The notes beneath the pieces are model-generated. The model did no database searches and was not told the DNA's origin. It was given only the letters and a program-made list of their open reading frames with translations. Position numbers and translations under genes: made by a program. From Octopus sinensis (lineage: Eukaryota): a stretch of 64,000 nt of DNA. The stretch is taken from NCBI RefSeq assembly GCF_006345805.1, contig NC_043016.1, forward strand, positions 6,820,001-6,884,000, in the 5' to 3' direction. Of the stretch, positions 12,521 to 25,662 are shown piece after piece. Position 1 is the first letter of the stretch; each line of letters starts with the position of its first letter.

Positions 12521-12524
12521 TAAT

Positions 12525-13699
12525 GGTCAGATATAGTGAGTCCATCCTGAAACGGACTAATAAGGAAATATCAACACTGGATAGAAGGACGAGAAAGTCG
12601 ATGGCGCAGCATGGAGCGCTACTCCCTAAACTAAACGTAAACAGACTGTATATGAAAAGAAATACTAATTAGTATAGAGCATTGTATAAGGAGTGAAAGG
12701 GGAAAGCTTGCCGAGTATTTGTTAAATAGTGATGAAGACCTGCTGCAATATGCCGCGAAAGACATGGGTGTAAATGTAGATGGAATGATGATCGAAGAAG
12801 AGTTTAACTAAAGAGCTGAGGAGAAGAGAAAAGAAGACCTTGAAATGGGAATGCATGGACAGTTTGAAAGGGATACACAAGACGTTAAGGTGATTTGAAG
12901 CGTACCGCCGAAAGCCTGATCATTGCTGCACAAGACCAGGCTCTCACTACCAAATGCAGATTCTGTGGAAAGAGTGTAGAAAATGTAACCCACTTGGTAA
13001 GGGGATGCGAAAGCCTTGCACAAAAAGAATACAAGTGCTACCACGATAAAGTGTGTGTGTATCTTCATTGGCTCTTATGCTGTAAATACCAACATGAAGT
13101 AACAGAGAGCTGGTAAGAGCGTGTACCAAGTAAAGTTATGCAGGAAGATGGAAAAGTAACGATACTCTGGGTCTATGATTTTCAGATGGATCGTGTAATC
13201 GAACACCATCGGCCGGTTATTGTCATACTGAAGAGAGACAAATTCTGTCAGATCATTGATGTAGCCATACCAAATGACATGGATGTTGTGAGTAAAGATA
13301 GCATTTCAAGACGATTACAATACCAATGATTGTAGGAGCACTTGGAATGATCAAAAAAGAAACTGAAAATTATTTAAGAATGATCCCTGGTTTACCATCC
13401 ATGCAGGAAGTGCAAAACAGTGTCTTAACTGGTACGTCATACATATCGAGAAGAGCACTGTCGCGGCGAATTTTCTTTCGTTTATCTCCCTTTGTTTTAT
13501 TTTCCTTTTTTATTTTTTATTTTCTCATTTTCCTCTCGGTCATTCTTCCCCTTTTTCTCTATCACATGACTTTGTAAATGAACAAATGGTGTATATATTT
13601 TAATGGCCTACCGATGTATACAGTACGTCTCTCTGCCCTAGGTGTCAGGAAGACACTCATCAAGAAATAGAAACAGATTTGAAAGATGATGCTCATGAA

Positions 13700-13700
<1 letters not shown>
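12525..13700 (+). mobile_element. 5'-truncated R4/Dong LINE (thumb, CCHC, RLE, 3'UTR) ending at (AAT)n
   Basis: LDRRTRKSMAQHGAL..NRLYMKR; ESLIIAAQDQAL..KCRFCGKSVENVTHLVRGCESLAQKEYK; KVTILW..RPVIVI..IIDVAIPND; IVGALGMIKK. The 3'UTR recurs at 29762..29850. Confidence 0.85.
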
Positions 13701-13764
<64 letters not shown>

Positions 13765-14327
13765 TAATAATCCTTTCTACTATAGGGGTAGACGTGGGGA
13801 ATGTTGGTTATTTAAAGAATAAACCAATGCACTTTTGCATTGTCACATGGTCGGTTACCTAATCACGTGGTCTATACACATATATAGGTCATCTAAACGG
13901 TATCTATGTATATATACACACATGCATACATACATGTATATACCTATGTATGTAATTTATGTATACAAGTATATGTGTGTGTGTATGGAGTGTGTGTGTA
14001 TTTATATCGGTATATGTATGTGTGTATGTACATGTATGTGTGTGTATGAGTGTATACGTGTGCCACGCTTGACTGCTAATTCTGTTCGACAACCAGTACA
14101 GGCTCTCATGTGTATCATCGATCAAATTCTTTGGCCCTGAACCATGACGAAAACTGCATATCATACATATACTAATGCGATACACCTAAATAGTCTTAGT
14201 TCATACTTATTGTCGTTACTTTCTTCTTTTTCGTTATCTCTCTTTGTTTGCTAAAAGCTACAACAATATAAACATATATATCCATCCATCCATCCATCCA
14301 TCCATCCATCCATCCATCCATCCATCC

Positions 14328-14378
<51 letters not shown>

Positions 14379-14476
14379 ATTCTATCTATCTATCTATCCA
14401 TCCATCCATATATCTATCTATCTATCTGTCTATCTGTCTATCTATCTATCTATCCATCCATCCATCCATCCATTCA

Positions 14477-14511
<35 letters not shown>

Positions 14512-14524
14512 TATCTATCTAATA

Positions 14525-14556
<32 letters not shown>

Positions 14557-14605
14557 CATCCATCCATCCATCCATCATCCATCCATTCCATCCATCCATC
14601 CATCC

Positions 14606-14642
<37 letters not shown>

Positions 14643-14914
14643 TACATTTTTACGATATATTTTTCTAATCGTTCCTTTAGTAAAACTAATTTCCTTTTGG
14701 ATATACGAACACTTTTTATATACATCAGCAATGACTTTATCACTGGTAATGCCTTCCCTGTATATTGCAAAAATGTAATTCTCCCCACCCCCACATCAAC
14801 TGCATTTCATAATCAAGATCCCGATGAAGATATAGGATGTTATTCAGGTACTCAGCTAAGAGTACACTGCATCTTATAGCGGAAACAGTTGTAAAGTAAT
14901 GAAGTTCAGGTGTA

Positions 14915-14957
<43 letters not shown>

Positions 14958-15013
14958 ATCTATCTATCTCTATCTGTCTGTCTATCTGTGTATATCTATC
15001 TATATATACATAC

Positions 15014-15125
<112 letters not shown>

Positions 15126-15221
15126 GCATATATGTATATCTGCGTGTGCGTGAATGTGAGTGTCTGTTGTATATATGTATATGTACATTATATGTACACA
15201 TATCCATATATGTCTGTTTGC

Positions 15222-15282
<61 letters not shown>

Positions 15283-15311
15283 GCATATATGAATCGAAAT
15301 TTATATACATT

Positions 15312-15350
<39 letters not shown>

Positions 15351-15732
15351 TTATATATATATATATATATATGTCCCGAGTGACAAGACAAAAATTCCTA
15401 GTTGCCTTTTTCGGCTTTTACATTTTGCCTCTTTTTTACGACTACCCATTGCAAATCTTTCGTTAAAAAGAATGTTTTATTAGTCAAACTATTTATAAAT
15501 TTTTTAATGAATCGAATTACTCTGGAACTGACAGAATCGTCAAAGCAGCGGAAAAATGTATTTGTTACTGTTCTTTATGTTCTGAGTTAAAATACTAAAG
15601 ATTCGAGTTTACTTTTACGACAAAATAACGTACCAGTAAATTGCTGGGGATTGATTCCACAGGCTTATCCCCTCCCAACAAATCCTATACCTTGTAATTC
15701 AATAAGAAACGAAGTATTGTTTTCATAAGGTA

Positions 15733-15940
15733 TCTAGCCAGCAGAATCTTTAGTCCTCTGGACAAAATGCTTCACCTCATTTGTTCGGACTTTGAATACT
15801 TGGTTCAAGTTTCGCCGAGGTCCACTTTGCATTTCATCTTTTCAGGATCGACAAAATAAGTATCAGTTGAACACTGGGGTCGATGTAATCGATTCCCCCC
15901 TACTCTGAAACTGCTGGCTTTGTGCCAAAATTTGAAACCG
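15733..15940 (+). mobile_element. Diverged SINE family B (B2 tail) with (ATT)n tail
   Basis: CGCCGAGGTCCACTTTGCATTTCATCTTTTCAGGATCGACAAAATAAGTATCAGTTGAACACTGGGGTCGATGTAATCGA core. Confidence 0.7.
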
Positions 15941-15959
15941 ATATTATTATTATTATTAT

Positions 15960-16450
15960 TTGACGAAAACTTTCAACTTATTTTGTTGGGTGTAAAGTGT
16001 CAGCTGTTCATAACCAACAGACTAAGGCAGCACTTGTTTACTGATCATGCTCCAAGGACCCAGTGGAGAATTCTTGCGGTTCCAAGCAATGGTCAGTTTT
16101 GTAGATGTTCTACCTTTATATTTTGTACCAATCTTTTTGAGCTATATTGGTAGTTGAGTGCTGGTACTTCCAAGCGTGCCAATTACTACTGGTATCATGT
16201 CCACTTTCTTCTTTGTCCACTTCAATTCATCATAGCTCTTCACCTTTTTCTTATTTATCTTTGACATGCTATGTCGATTATCACGCGAGATTCTTTTTTC
16301 TTTTTTGTTCACCATATCAATGTCTGATGTTTAAACTGATGGTCACATTGAATCATTGAATCATTCCACAAGACTTTACAGTCTTTATTCTCAGTAATTC
16401 TTTCTGGGATTTCCCAACGGATCATTCTTCTCACATTGTTATGTCGTCTT
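15960..16450 (-). mobile_element. Decayed R4/Dong LINE 3' fragment
   Basis: Minus-strand translation gives ENKDCKVLW..IQCDH, VIDIAC and VEHLQN..LLGTARILHWVL. Confidence 0.6.
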
Positions 16451-17016
16451 TTGTATTCGCGTCGGTCATGTCTTTTGTTGTTGCTATCGTTGTTATTGCT
16501 GCTGTTGTTGTTATCATTATTGTTGTTGTTATTATTATTATTATTATTGTTATTATTATTATCATAATTTTGTTAGCGGCTAGCTGGCAAAATCGTTAGC
16601 ACACTGGACATTCGGCTTTATGTTCTGAGATCATACGCCACCGACGTCGTTTACCCTTTTATCTCCTAGCCCCTTTCCTTAGAATTTCAGCTCTTTTGTC
16701 TGTAACAGAGAGGATTCGCCCGTAGTTGAAAAAAAAACTCACACTGGTTTAAAAAACTTTTGTTGGTCTTATTTACGCGCAAAACACTCACACCAGCACA
16801 CACTCACGCACATATACACACAATTTTTTCTTTTTTCCTGTGTTGTCCTTAATTATTATTATTAATATTATTATTATTCTATGTTTGACTTTTGCTTTAT
16901 GTATGTACAAGTTGGCTCAAAGTCTCACCCAGAGACCTCAAGAGACAACAGGTTGGAAGTTCTTGCCATATATTTGGTTTTTTAAAATTTTATTATTATC
17001 ATTATTATTATTATTA

Positions 17017-17064
<48 letters not shown>

Positions 17065-17526
17065 GAGTAAGAGAGCAGTGCATGCCATCAAAGTGACACT
17101 GGGGTACAATTCTACGAAGGCCTGTATACTCATCATGACTACCCGTCTGATAAGGGTACACTAGGCAAATGCATCACAACTATATGTGCGTGATCTCATA
17201 TCAAGATAACCAGCACATGACCTTGCAGGTGGGACCCAGTTAGAATTTTCTTCAAGTCGTGTAGCCCATCCCACTAAAAAGGTCTTTGAATAAGGGTTGT
17301 TTAAATATGTTGAACGTAACACATATGTTTCCAGAGGTGAATTATCCAAATCCCAAAGAATCCCTCTCAACACGTGGCTATGATGCTCCCCAACTACTTC
17401 TGCTCGTGATCAGAGATGCACATATCGTCAGCCACTAAGGGACATGCTCAACTGGTTAAGGTCAAACAACTGACAAGCAAATCTGTGGTATTGAGCAGAA
17501 TATTTGCTGTAGCCTATCTTTTATAC
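17065..17526. repeat. About 550-bp (TTA)n-associated repeat, truncated copy
   Basis: Collinear with 1648..2110 with a small internal deletion. Confidence 0.9.
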
Positions 17527-17551
17527 AAATACAAATCAATGTTGTTGTTGT

Positions 17552-17634
<83 letters not shown>

Positions 17635-17957
17635 AGTGGTGACTATAATGAAGGTAATAATGGAAAATGCAGTCGAAATTTTTAGACGATCAAAGATTAC
17701 CAGAAATTAAAATGTCAAGAAGGAAAAGTGCTGAGTAGTTTTTCACAACCTGTTCTACAAGTGAATTTGGATTCTTTTTGTGTCTGTACGTACGTGAGGT
17801 AAGACAAAATGGCGTGGAGATCTATTATCGCCGACGCCCAAAGGTATGAAATAAGACGTGAATGAGTGAGAAAGAGAGAGGGAGAGAAAGAGAAAAAGAG
17901 TGAGGAAAGACTGTTGTTGGAAAGCCATGTATTTATAAAACTTACACAAAATGCCCG

Positions 17958-17997
<40 letters not shown>

Positions 17998-18091
17998 GTC
18001 TATCTACATAATACATTATGTATATATATATATATATATATATCTATATATATACATATATGTATATATACATGCAATATATGTATACATA

Positions 18092-18134
<43 letters not shown>

Positions 18135-18285
18135 TATAATAGAAATATTAAATTATTCTAAGTCTCTCTAAAGAGATTACGGCAGCGTTACTGGATATTA
18201 ATTGTTATCGCCATACTTGGAGCTAATCAGCGACAGCTTTAGTCATATATTTAGACTGCCATATTAGTATGGCGATAACTATTAA
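18135..18285. repeat. Short (TA)n-embedded foldback element, deleted relative of 41690..41965
   Basis: Perfect 14-bp inverted repeat GTTATCGCCATACT (18204..18217) / AGTATGGCGATAAC (18266..18279). Shares the AGAAATATTAAA..CTAAGTCTC.CTAAAGAGA leader with 41690. Confidence 0.8.
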
Positions 18286-18729
18286 TATATATATATATAT
18301 ATATATATAATATGCATATATATGTATATATATATGGTGTATATATAAATTATATATATATATATATATATATACATACATATATATACACACGTATACA
18401 TACATACACACCACACATATATATGTTTGTGTGTGTGTATGTTGTGTGTGTGTATGTGTGTGTTGTGTATGTGTGTGTGCGCGCGTGTGTGTGTGTGTTG
18501 TGTGTCTTTGATTCACTGAGCTGTGATACGTTATAGAACTCGATACAGAAGATGTAGAGTATTCTTCTTCACTACTTTACGACTGAGGTAGTTCGTAGTC
18601 CGAGTACTCTTTATCCCACATTTCCGATCATTCAGCTGGTAATTCTTAGGCTTGAATATCATTTTTTTTTTTGGGGGGGGGGTGAAATATTTGGGTTGCT
18701 GGCATGATTTTTTTACAAGAAGTATACTT

Positions 18730-19125
18730 CTCCACCACTACGTTCCGGGTTCAATCCCACTGCGTGGCACTTAAGGCAAGATGTCTTCTGCTATGTATCC
18801 TTGGGGCCGATTAAAGCATTGTGAGTGGATTTAGTGTTTGTGTTATTTTTTTGTGTATGTGTTTGTGTGTGTGTCTACGTGCATGTGTGTGTGTATGTGT
18901 GTGTGTGTGTGTGTATGTGTGTATGTGTGTGTGTGTAATTATCTGTGTCTTTGTATTTATGCAGCTTGTGCTTGTCCCTCACTACTGCTCGGTAACGGTG
19001 TTGGTTTGTTGACATCTCCGTAACATAGTGGTTCGGAAGAGGCTGATCGATAATATGAATACTTTCAAATAAGTACTGGGGGCAATTTCTTCTCTGAAGG
19101 CGGTGCCCCACTATGGCCGAATGTA
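18730..19125 (+). mobile_element. Diverged SINE family A
   Basis: GTTCCGGGTTCAATCCCACTGCGTGGCAC head, internal (TG)n, and AAGGCGGTGCCCCACTATGGCC tail. Confidence 0.75.
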
Positions 19126-19300
19126 TAAATGCATATTTGCGCGCGCGCGCGTGGTAGGACTTTTCTACTAATACCAGCTGTGTAAACGGAAACATGAAAC
19201 ACACACACACACACACACTAACTCTTTCACTTACACATACACAAAAACACGCAATCATACACATACACACACACACAAACACGCACACTTACACACACAT

Positions 19301-19336
<36 letters not shown>

Positions 19337-19802
19337 GTTTCCTGAATGTATTATGACATACAGAAAATACAGTTCCCAGTTGCCTTTTTTCATGATTTAA
19401 TTCATTACAATTATTTTTCTAATTGCATACTCGAGTAAAAAATATTCATGAGATATTGACTTTGTCATAAATTACATTTCATTTAATATATCTAATAAAA
19501 AGTTATTTTTGTCAAAAATAAATGATAATAAAATAATTTATTAAAAGGAAGGTTGTTTTGTTATTTTTGTTCCGTTTTCAATATTCTCTACTTCTCGTAT
19601 ATTTTGTATTCTCTATGAATCTAATAAACATACATATGTAAATTATTCGTTGTCAACTCGCCGTCGAATATGGCGACTTGAAATTTCTTCTTGAGTTTCT
19701 TTCTTTGTATGACTTCGTACATGAGACTTCATCCCTTTGCCATACATGTTACAATTGAAAGCGCGTTGCTAGGGACACTGCATTTGCTTCGTATCGTTAT
19801 GT

Positions 19803-19950
19803 GGCGAAAATTTCCAGTCGCAAATTAATTGGGAACGAAATTTCCAGTGACGAAATTACCGCGGACGAAATTATCGGGGGAGAAATTACCGGGGACGAAA
19901 TTACCGGAGACGAGATTTGCAGTGGTGAATTTATCAGTGGCGAAATTACC
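19803..19950. repeat. 15-bp minisatellite, about 10 units (consensus GACGAAATTACCGGG)
   Basis: Units read directly: AACGAAATTTCCAGT, GACGAAATTACCGCG, GACGAAATTATCGGG, GGAGAAATTACCGGG, GACGAAATTACCGGA and others. Confidence 0.9.
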
Positions 19951-20128
19951 TACATTTATATTTCATATTGCCTGTTTATTTCCAGAGCTTTTTGATGTTG
20001 TTGCCTACTTCCTTTTCCCAATTGTTCTTTGGTATGACTCATGCGGAATTCTTTCCTTCTCAAATAATGCTACACCATCAAGATTATTTTTTTTCTTCCC
20101 CACTTTGCTCTATCAGCAGCTTGTTCTT

Positions 20129-20335
20129 CTAAGTTTTAATTAGAAATAAGTCATTGTACAGCTGTTTAGGTTCTGGGAATTTTCTCTTTCCTTGTTTCAA
20201 CTCTCCGTAAAACAGAATTCTGGTATTGTTCACTGGAACAAGATGTCTACTCCACCTTAGAATTCTCCTAAAAATGACGGCTTCATTGCTAATCATTTGA
20301 GCTTTCTCTTGAACTTCGGAATCTGGGGCATGTGC
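20129..20335 (-). mobile_element. RTE-clade LINE C-terminal relic
   Basis: KWTAHAPDSEVQEKA..RRILRWSRHLV...ILFYGELKQGKR..PKQLYND is typical of the RTE ORF tail. Confidence 0.7.
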
Positions 20336-20344
20336 GGTCCACTT

Positions 20345-22335
20345 CACATTAAGTATATGTCTCAAACTACATCCTCCATACGGACTGGGCAGGGAACCCC
20401 CTACAGTCAACCTCGTCTGGAAAAAGCCATAACTGCTATCTCTTCATCCTACAATCCTGCAGAAGACTCTCGTCGGCCTGACCATACCCTTCTTTCCCTG
20501 TAAGCTCAATCAAGATCATTTCTTTACAGTCCACAGAACTACATCAGGCCTCAGGGCTGTATGAACGTTCTGGGGAAACTGTGGTCTCTCCCTCAGGTCC
20601 ACTTTTATATCATATGATTGGGATCCATGCAGCGAGCTATGTGTCATTTTTACTGACTTTACTGCTTTCTCTTCTTTCACGAACTTAATTTCTGCTGTTG
20701 TTTTCCCCTGTTGATGTTTCTTGGGCCTTTCCTGATCAAGGGTGTAAGCGGGTTTTGCAAGCACTCTACCATGGCGCTACTTGTATCTTATTCGAGTTAA
20801 GTGCTATTCTGCATCCTGACAAGATGTGTGCTAGCGTGTCCCTTTCTTCGTAATGTCTACACAGCTGGTCTTCCCTCAAACTCCATATGTGCAGATTTGC
20901 TGGCATTGGGGGGTATCATATACCTCGCTCAGTCGGAAGGAGATGTGGACAGGTTCCAGTCTCCATAGGCCTGTCCATGCGATCTTCTTCTTAGGGAGGT
21001 CCAATTTACTCCAGGCATCCTGAGATACCAGCTCCACAGCTCTTGGACTTTGTTCCTCCTGGATCTGCACATCTGCTTGGATCATCTTAATATCTCCCTT
21101 CTTCCATTCTTTGAAAGGGAAAGAACCGAGACCCTGCTAACCTTTTCATGTAACTCCAATGATGTCGCGTACATCCAGCATACTTACAGTATGTTCGACT
21201 GTTGTGCTAGCTATCCACTTCCGCCCGGACCTTGTTGTAATACCTGCATGTCTGACAAGCTCATCCTCTGAATCCCTGTACATCATTACAACACTATATT
21301 TTGAAACTTTGAATTACTCCACTACGGATGATAGAGGGAGTTGTAGCTGTCCAGATCTTATGTACGGACCAACTGAAGTGAGGTTTGGGGAAAGGGGACA
21401 TTTAACCACCTTCGCAGATATTTATTTACCTTCCTCTCCACCCTTTCCACGCTTGTCATTGGAATTTCATATAGTGTCAATAACAATATGAGGTTTGGAA
21501 GCAGTACGTGTTGGCAGAGTCATGCCCTATATTTTCCTGGAAGCCCTGTACTTTCAGTCTTCCTCAGCCACTCCTCTGCTTGCTTCTCAGTGTTGGTGAC
21601 ATTACTTCTGCCCGAGAGTGACGCGCCAACCCCTTCCAAAGGTATTTAAGGCGGCGAGCTGGCAGAAACGTTAGCACGCCGGGCGAAATGCGTAGCCGTA
21701 TTTCGTCTGCCATTACGTTCTGAGTTCAAATTCCTCCGAGGTTGACTTTGCCTTTCATCCTTTCGGAGTCGATTAAATAAGTACCAGTTACGCACTGGGG
21801 TCGATATAATCGACTTAATCCGTGTGTCTGTCTTTGTTTGTCCTCTCTGTGTTTAATCCCTTGTGGGTAGTAAAGAAATAGGTATTTAATAGGATTTTCC
21901 TCTATTGATGGAAAACCACTCCATGCACTTGCAGCTTGATCTTGTTTAATTTCCATCTCCTTGACTTCTTGACCATAAACTACATTATTCTAGCCCATGT
22001 TGCCATATGTTGCCATGTCAAGTCAGCACACTTTCTACCTCCACATGGCTTTGTAGTTGTCACCTTGAGATCATCCGCGAATTCCCTTACTGGATGTTGA
22101 CGGCTGCCTGATGTCATTGTTGGTCCTTGGGCTTCGTTATCAGTAGCTGCTATGAGGAAATTAATTCCCATGATGAAAAGGATTGGAGAAATTGTGCAAC
22201 CTGTTATACTCTCTTTCTCCGGGTCTAGCAACCGAGTTGTAAAGTAGGCTATTTTGAAGCTTAACCCAATGGCTCCAAAGTAGTTGGTGATTATTCTCTT
22301 AATGTGCGGAGGAATAAAATAGAACGCAGTCAGAA
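20345..22335 (-). mobile_element. HERO-like (RLE-type) non-LTR retrotransposon relic, interrupted by a SINE
   Basis: RT ITGCTISPILFIMGINFL..PVREFADDLKVTT. Endonuclease KVDLRERPQFP..TALRPDVVLW. WSKLDLPKKKIAWTGLWRLEP.HISFRL..VYDT. Clade assignment comes from remembered HERO motifs. Confidence 0.7.
21650..21879 (+). mobile_element. Full-length SINE family B (B1 tail) with 10-bp TSD
   Basis: AGGTATTTAA is duplicated at 21640..21649 and 21880..21889. Head GGCGGCGAGCTGGCAGAAACGTTAG and B-box-like GAGTTCAAATTCC. Confidence 0.9.
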
Positions 22336-23195
22336 ATTGGAAGCGCTTGCATTTTGTATGGAATTTTTTCCCCCCAAAAGTTATGGTTTATTGAGTGGGG
22401 TTATTTTGTATATGTGGGAGAGTAATGTCAGCTGTTGAAAATGTCAGGAATTCAAATATTTTTTATATATTTGTTTACGTTAGCTTTGGGTCTTGAAGTA
22501 AGTTTGGGGAGAGGCCTCATGATTGACGAGTTGCTTATTGTTTGAATTTATATGCATGTTTAGGTGTGATTTTGTGTATTGGGAGTTTAAACAAACAATA
22601 AAGAGTTTTTGTGAAGGTTGTTGCTTTAAACAGCTTGGGTGATATCTTTGTCCAAAAAGGCCAGCTGTTTATTGATTTCAGACAATAAATGTCAGTATTT
22701 CGGTGAAGAATGAGACAACGAACAACGAACAAAAGATTTATGGGATGGGTGTTTTGTTTAGAAATATCTAGGTGCACATAAATTTCGATAAATTACTGAT
22801 TGCTTATCTGGAAAGTCATTAACTGGTACACAGTTTTCTTGTTAAAGATACGTGAGTGGAGTTTTAACATAGAAATATGTTGAATGACATTGTATAGTAA
22901 AAGGAAATAAATATTAAGAATAATCTATCTGATTATTCGATGCAATCTGCACCCGATGCATATTGCAATAAAGAGAGCCATCTACTAACCACGCGGTCAC
23001 CAAACCATACGGTTTCGACCTTTTTGTAGTCATCTTCGATGATGGACACTTGCCCGCAAGAGACGGCAATAGTTCTCGTAGGGTTAAAAATAGCAGTATT
23101 GTCAGTTCCTACGGAGCAGCTATGCTTAAGTGGCGATAAGCACTACTTCTCAGTATAGTTACTGCCCTCATCTCTTATAGAAATTTTCGAAGTAG

Positions 23196-23250
<55 letters not shown>

Positions 23251-23251
<1 letters not shown>

Positions 23252-23430
23252 AGGCGCAGGAGTGGCTGTGTGGAATGTAGCTTCCTTACTGTGTGGCACC
23301 TTGGGCAAGTGTCTTCTACTATAGCTTCGGGCCGACCAAAGTCTTGTGAGTGAATTTGGTAGACGGAAACTGAAAGAAGCCCATCGTATATGTATATGTG
23401 GTGTGTGTGGTGTGTGTGTGTGTGTGTGTG
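23251..23430 (+). mobile_element. SINE family A 5' half with deleted head
   Basis: TAGGCGCAGGAGTGGCTGTGTGG..CTTGGGCAAGTGTCTTCTACTATAGC..GACGGAAACTGAAAGAAGCCC. Confidence 0.85.
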
Positions 23431-25662
23431 TGCGTGTGCCGTCTGCATTTTATTACCAAATTAGTAATATGCACTTGGAAAGATGCATCAGTGCTCATGT
23501 CAATGCCCAGGTCACGCATTGATTTTAACTGTTGTCTGTGGAGACTTATTTTTGTAGTAAAAGAAATAGTAGTCCTTTGACTGCTATTTCTAATATTTTC
23601 GGTATGTGGTTTAAGCAACTTGTTGCAAAAAACCCTTATTATTATAATCATATATATACATATATGTATACATATACATATATGTACATATACATACATA
23701 TATATATACATATATGTATGCATACATAAACATATATATATTCATATACATATATATACGTATATAGCTATACATATATATATACATATAAATATATATA
23801 CATATATATTTATACATATGCATATATATACATATATATAGATATATACATATATATATACATATACATATATATATACATATATATATGCATATATATT
23901 TATATATATATATACATACACATTCACACACACATACACACGTATACAAGAAATATAATAATTATAAAAAATATTATTGCTAAGCTGCAAGAATGAAGCA
24001 GCGTAAAAGGTAGAATTATAAATATATAAAGCTGATGTACAGGAAGTACGATCGTTGCTAGAAATAGCAGCTGGTAAGCTATAAGCGCTATGTAGAGCTT
24101 CACTTCAATGTTTACAAGCAGAAATATTTGCTGACGGTGAATATAAGAGAATTCCATCTTACCTACACTGAGACCGTGTAGGTATTAAAGGATAATTCAA
24201 TACTGCACTTTCAAACTTTTCGGATCACGTGCGTGAGCGCGAATCCGATTAGTCATCTTCAGTTGAATGTACCATTGATGAGGAAATTTAAAGATATTCA
24301 CTACATCTCTACCTGTTTACTCGGCTGAAACCCCCAGTTAAAATAAGATCTAAGATCAGTGAAAAGATATGCAAGAAATATAAATATTATTAAAAATGAT
24401 ATTACTATCCAGCAAGAATAAAGCACCAGACATGGTTCCGAATTCAGTCCCACTGTGTGGAAATTTGAGCCAGAATTTTTAGATGATTCTATGGAACCCG
24501 AAATTTTTTAAAGCCTGATCATAACCACTTCTGTGAAATATTTGTTTTTTTTTCTTTTCCCTTGTTGCAGTCATTAGACTGTGGCCATGCTGGTGCACCA
24601 CCTTGGCGAATGTTTAGTCGAATGTATCGACCTCAATTTGTTTAAATGGTTTTCAACCAGCGCATGAAGTTAAGCTTAGAAGGTCTCCCCAAATGCTAGA
24701 AATAACAGCCAAATTTTAAAATATTTGTTTTAATATTATCCTTTTTATATCAATAATTTAAAATAAATATATACAATTCACTTACCCAACAATTCTGCTA
24801 ACGACAAATGCTAGCTTCTTTGCTTAGTTCATTGGGCAAATTTTGTTTTTAACTATGTATTTGCGAGTAATTTCTTGTGGGAAATTATCAGTTACATATC
24901 CTTGTTCTCATCTTTCCTCAGCAGCCCTACCCTTGCCCTCCCTAGTACATATAACTTGGAGCTTTTCCATTCTGCTTGACAGTTATAGTAGACCTCGACG
25001 AACAGCTCAACATTCGTGTTTTGCGTTGACGTGGTCAAGGGCCATCTTTGTCTTAGAATATCTCTCTTGAAGCAGTTTTTCTTCGCCTTTTACGAATTGT
25101 TCTCTAGCTGTTCTAATATATTTTTGTCCTTTTGACTAAACTTTATAAATTCTGTTGTAATCACTGTCTTTTGTGCTCTATGCTGACATTGTTTCTGACT
25201 GTCTGTGTCAACTGCTATTGGTTGTCTGATCCGGCTACTTTAGGCTTTGCGCGCGGGAAACGACTTTCACATAACCAAATTTGTATTTATACTTCCTATC
25301 ACAATTGATCACGCAGATTTCAAATTTGTAATCTATGTGACAGATTTGTTGAAATTATGGATACTTAACACTATCTTTTTCTGCTCATCTAATAAACGCC
25401 CTCTCGAGTTACGATCTGGATCGCATGCTGTTGTTGTTCCATGTGTGCAGAAGTACCTTCAGAAACTCTAATCAGTATCTGTAAGACCGAATTGTAAGAA
25501 CCACCATTATGAGACTTTTAGATTCAACTTTCTTATCGGAGAGCTCCCTAAAATGCCAGTGGGCATCTAAAATGTCCCTCCTGGACTGCATCAGTACTAA
25601 ACGGTAGGATGTTCTCAAAAACGCTTCTACACGCCTCAAAAAATATCCTACTTCTGTAGTTA

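Noticed and set aside
14070-14125. Hammerhead candidate TCGATGA..GTCGAACAG on the minus strand
   Set aside because: Core and stems are too degenerate to support.
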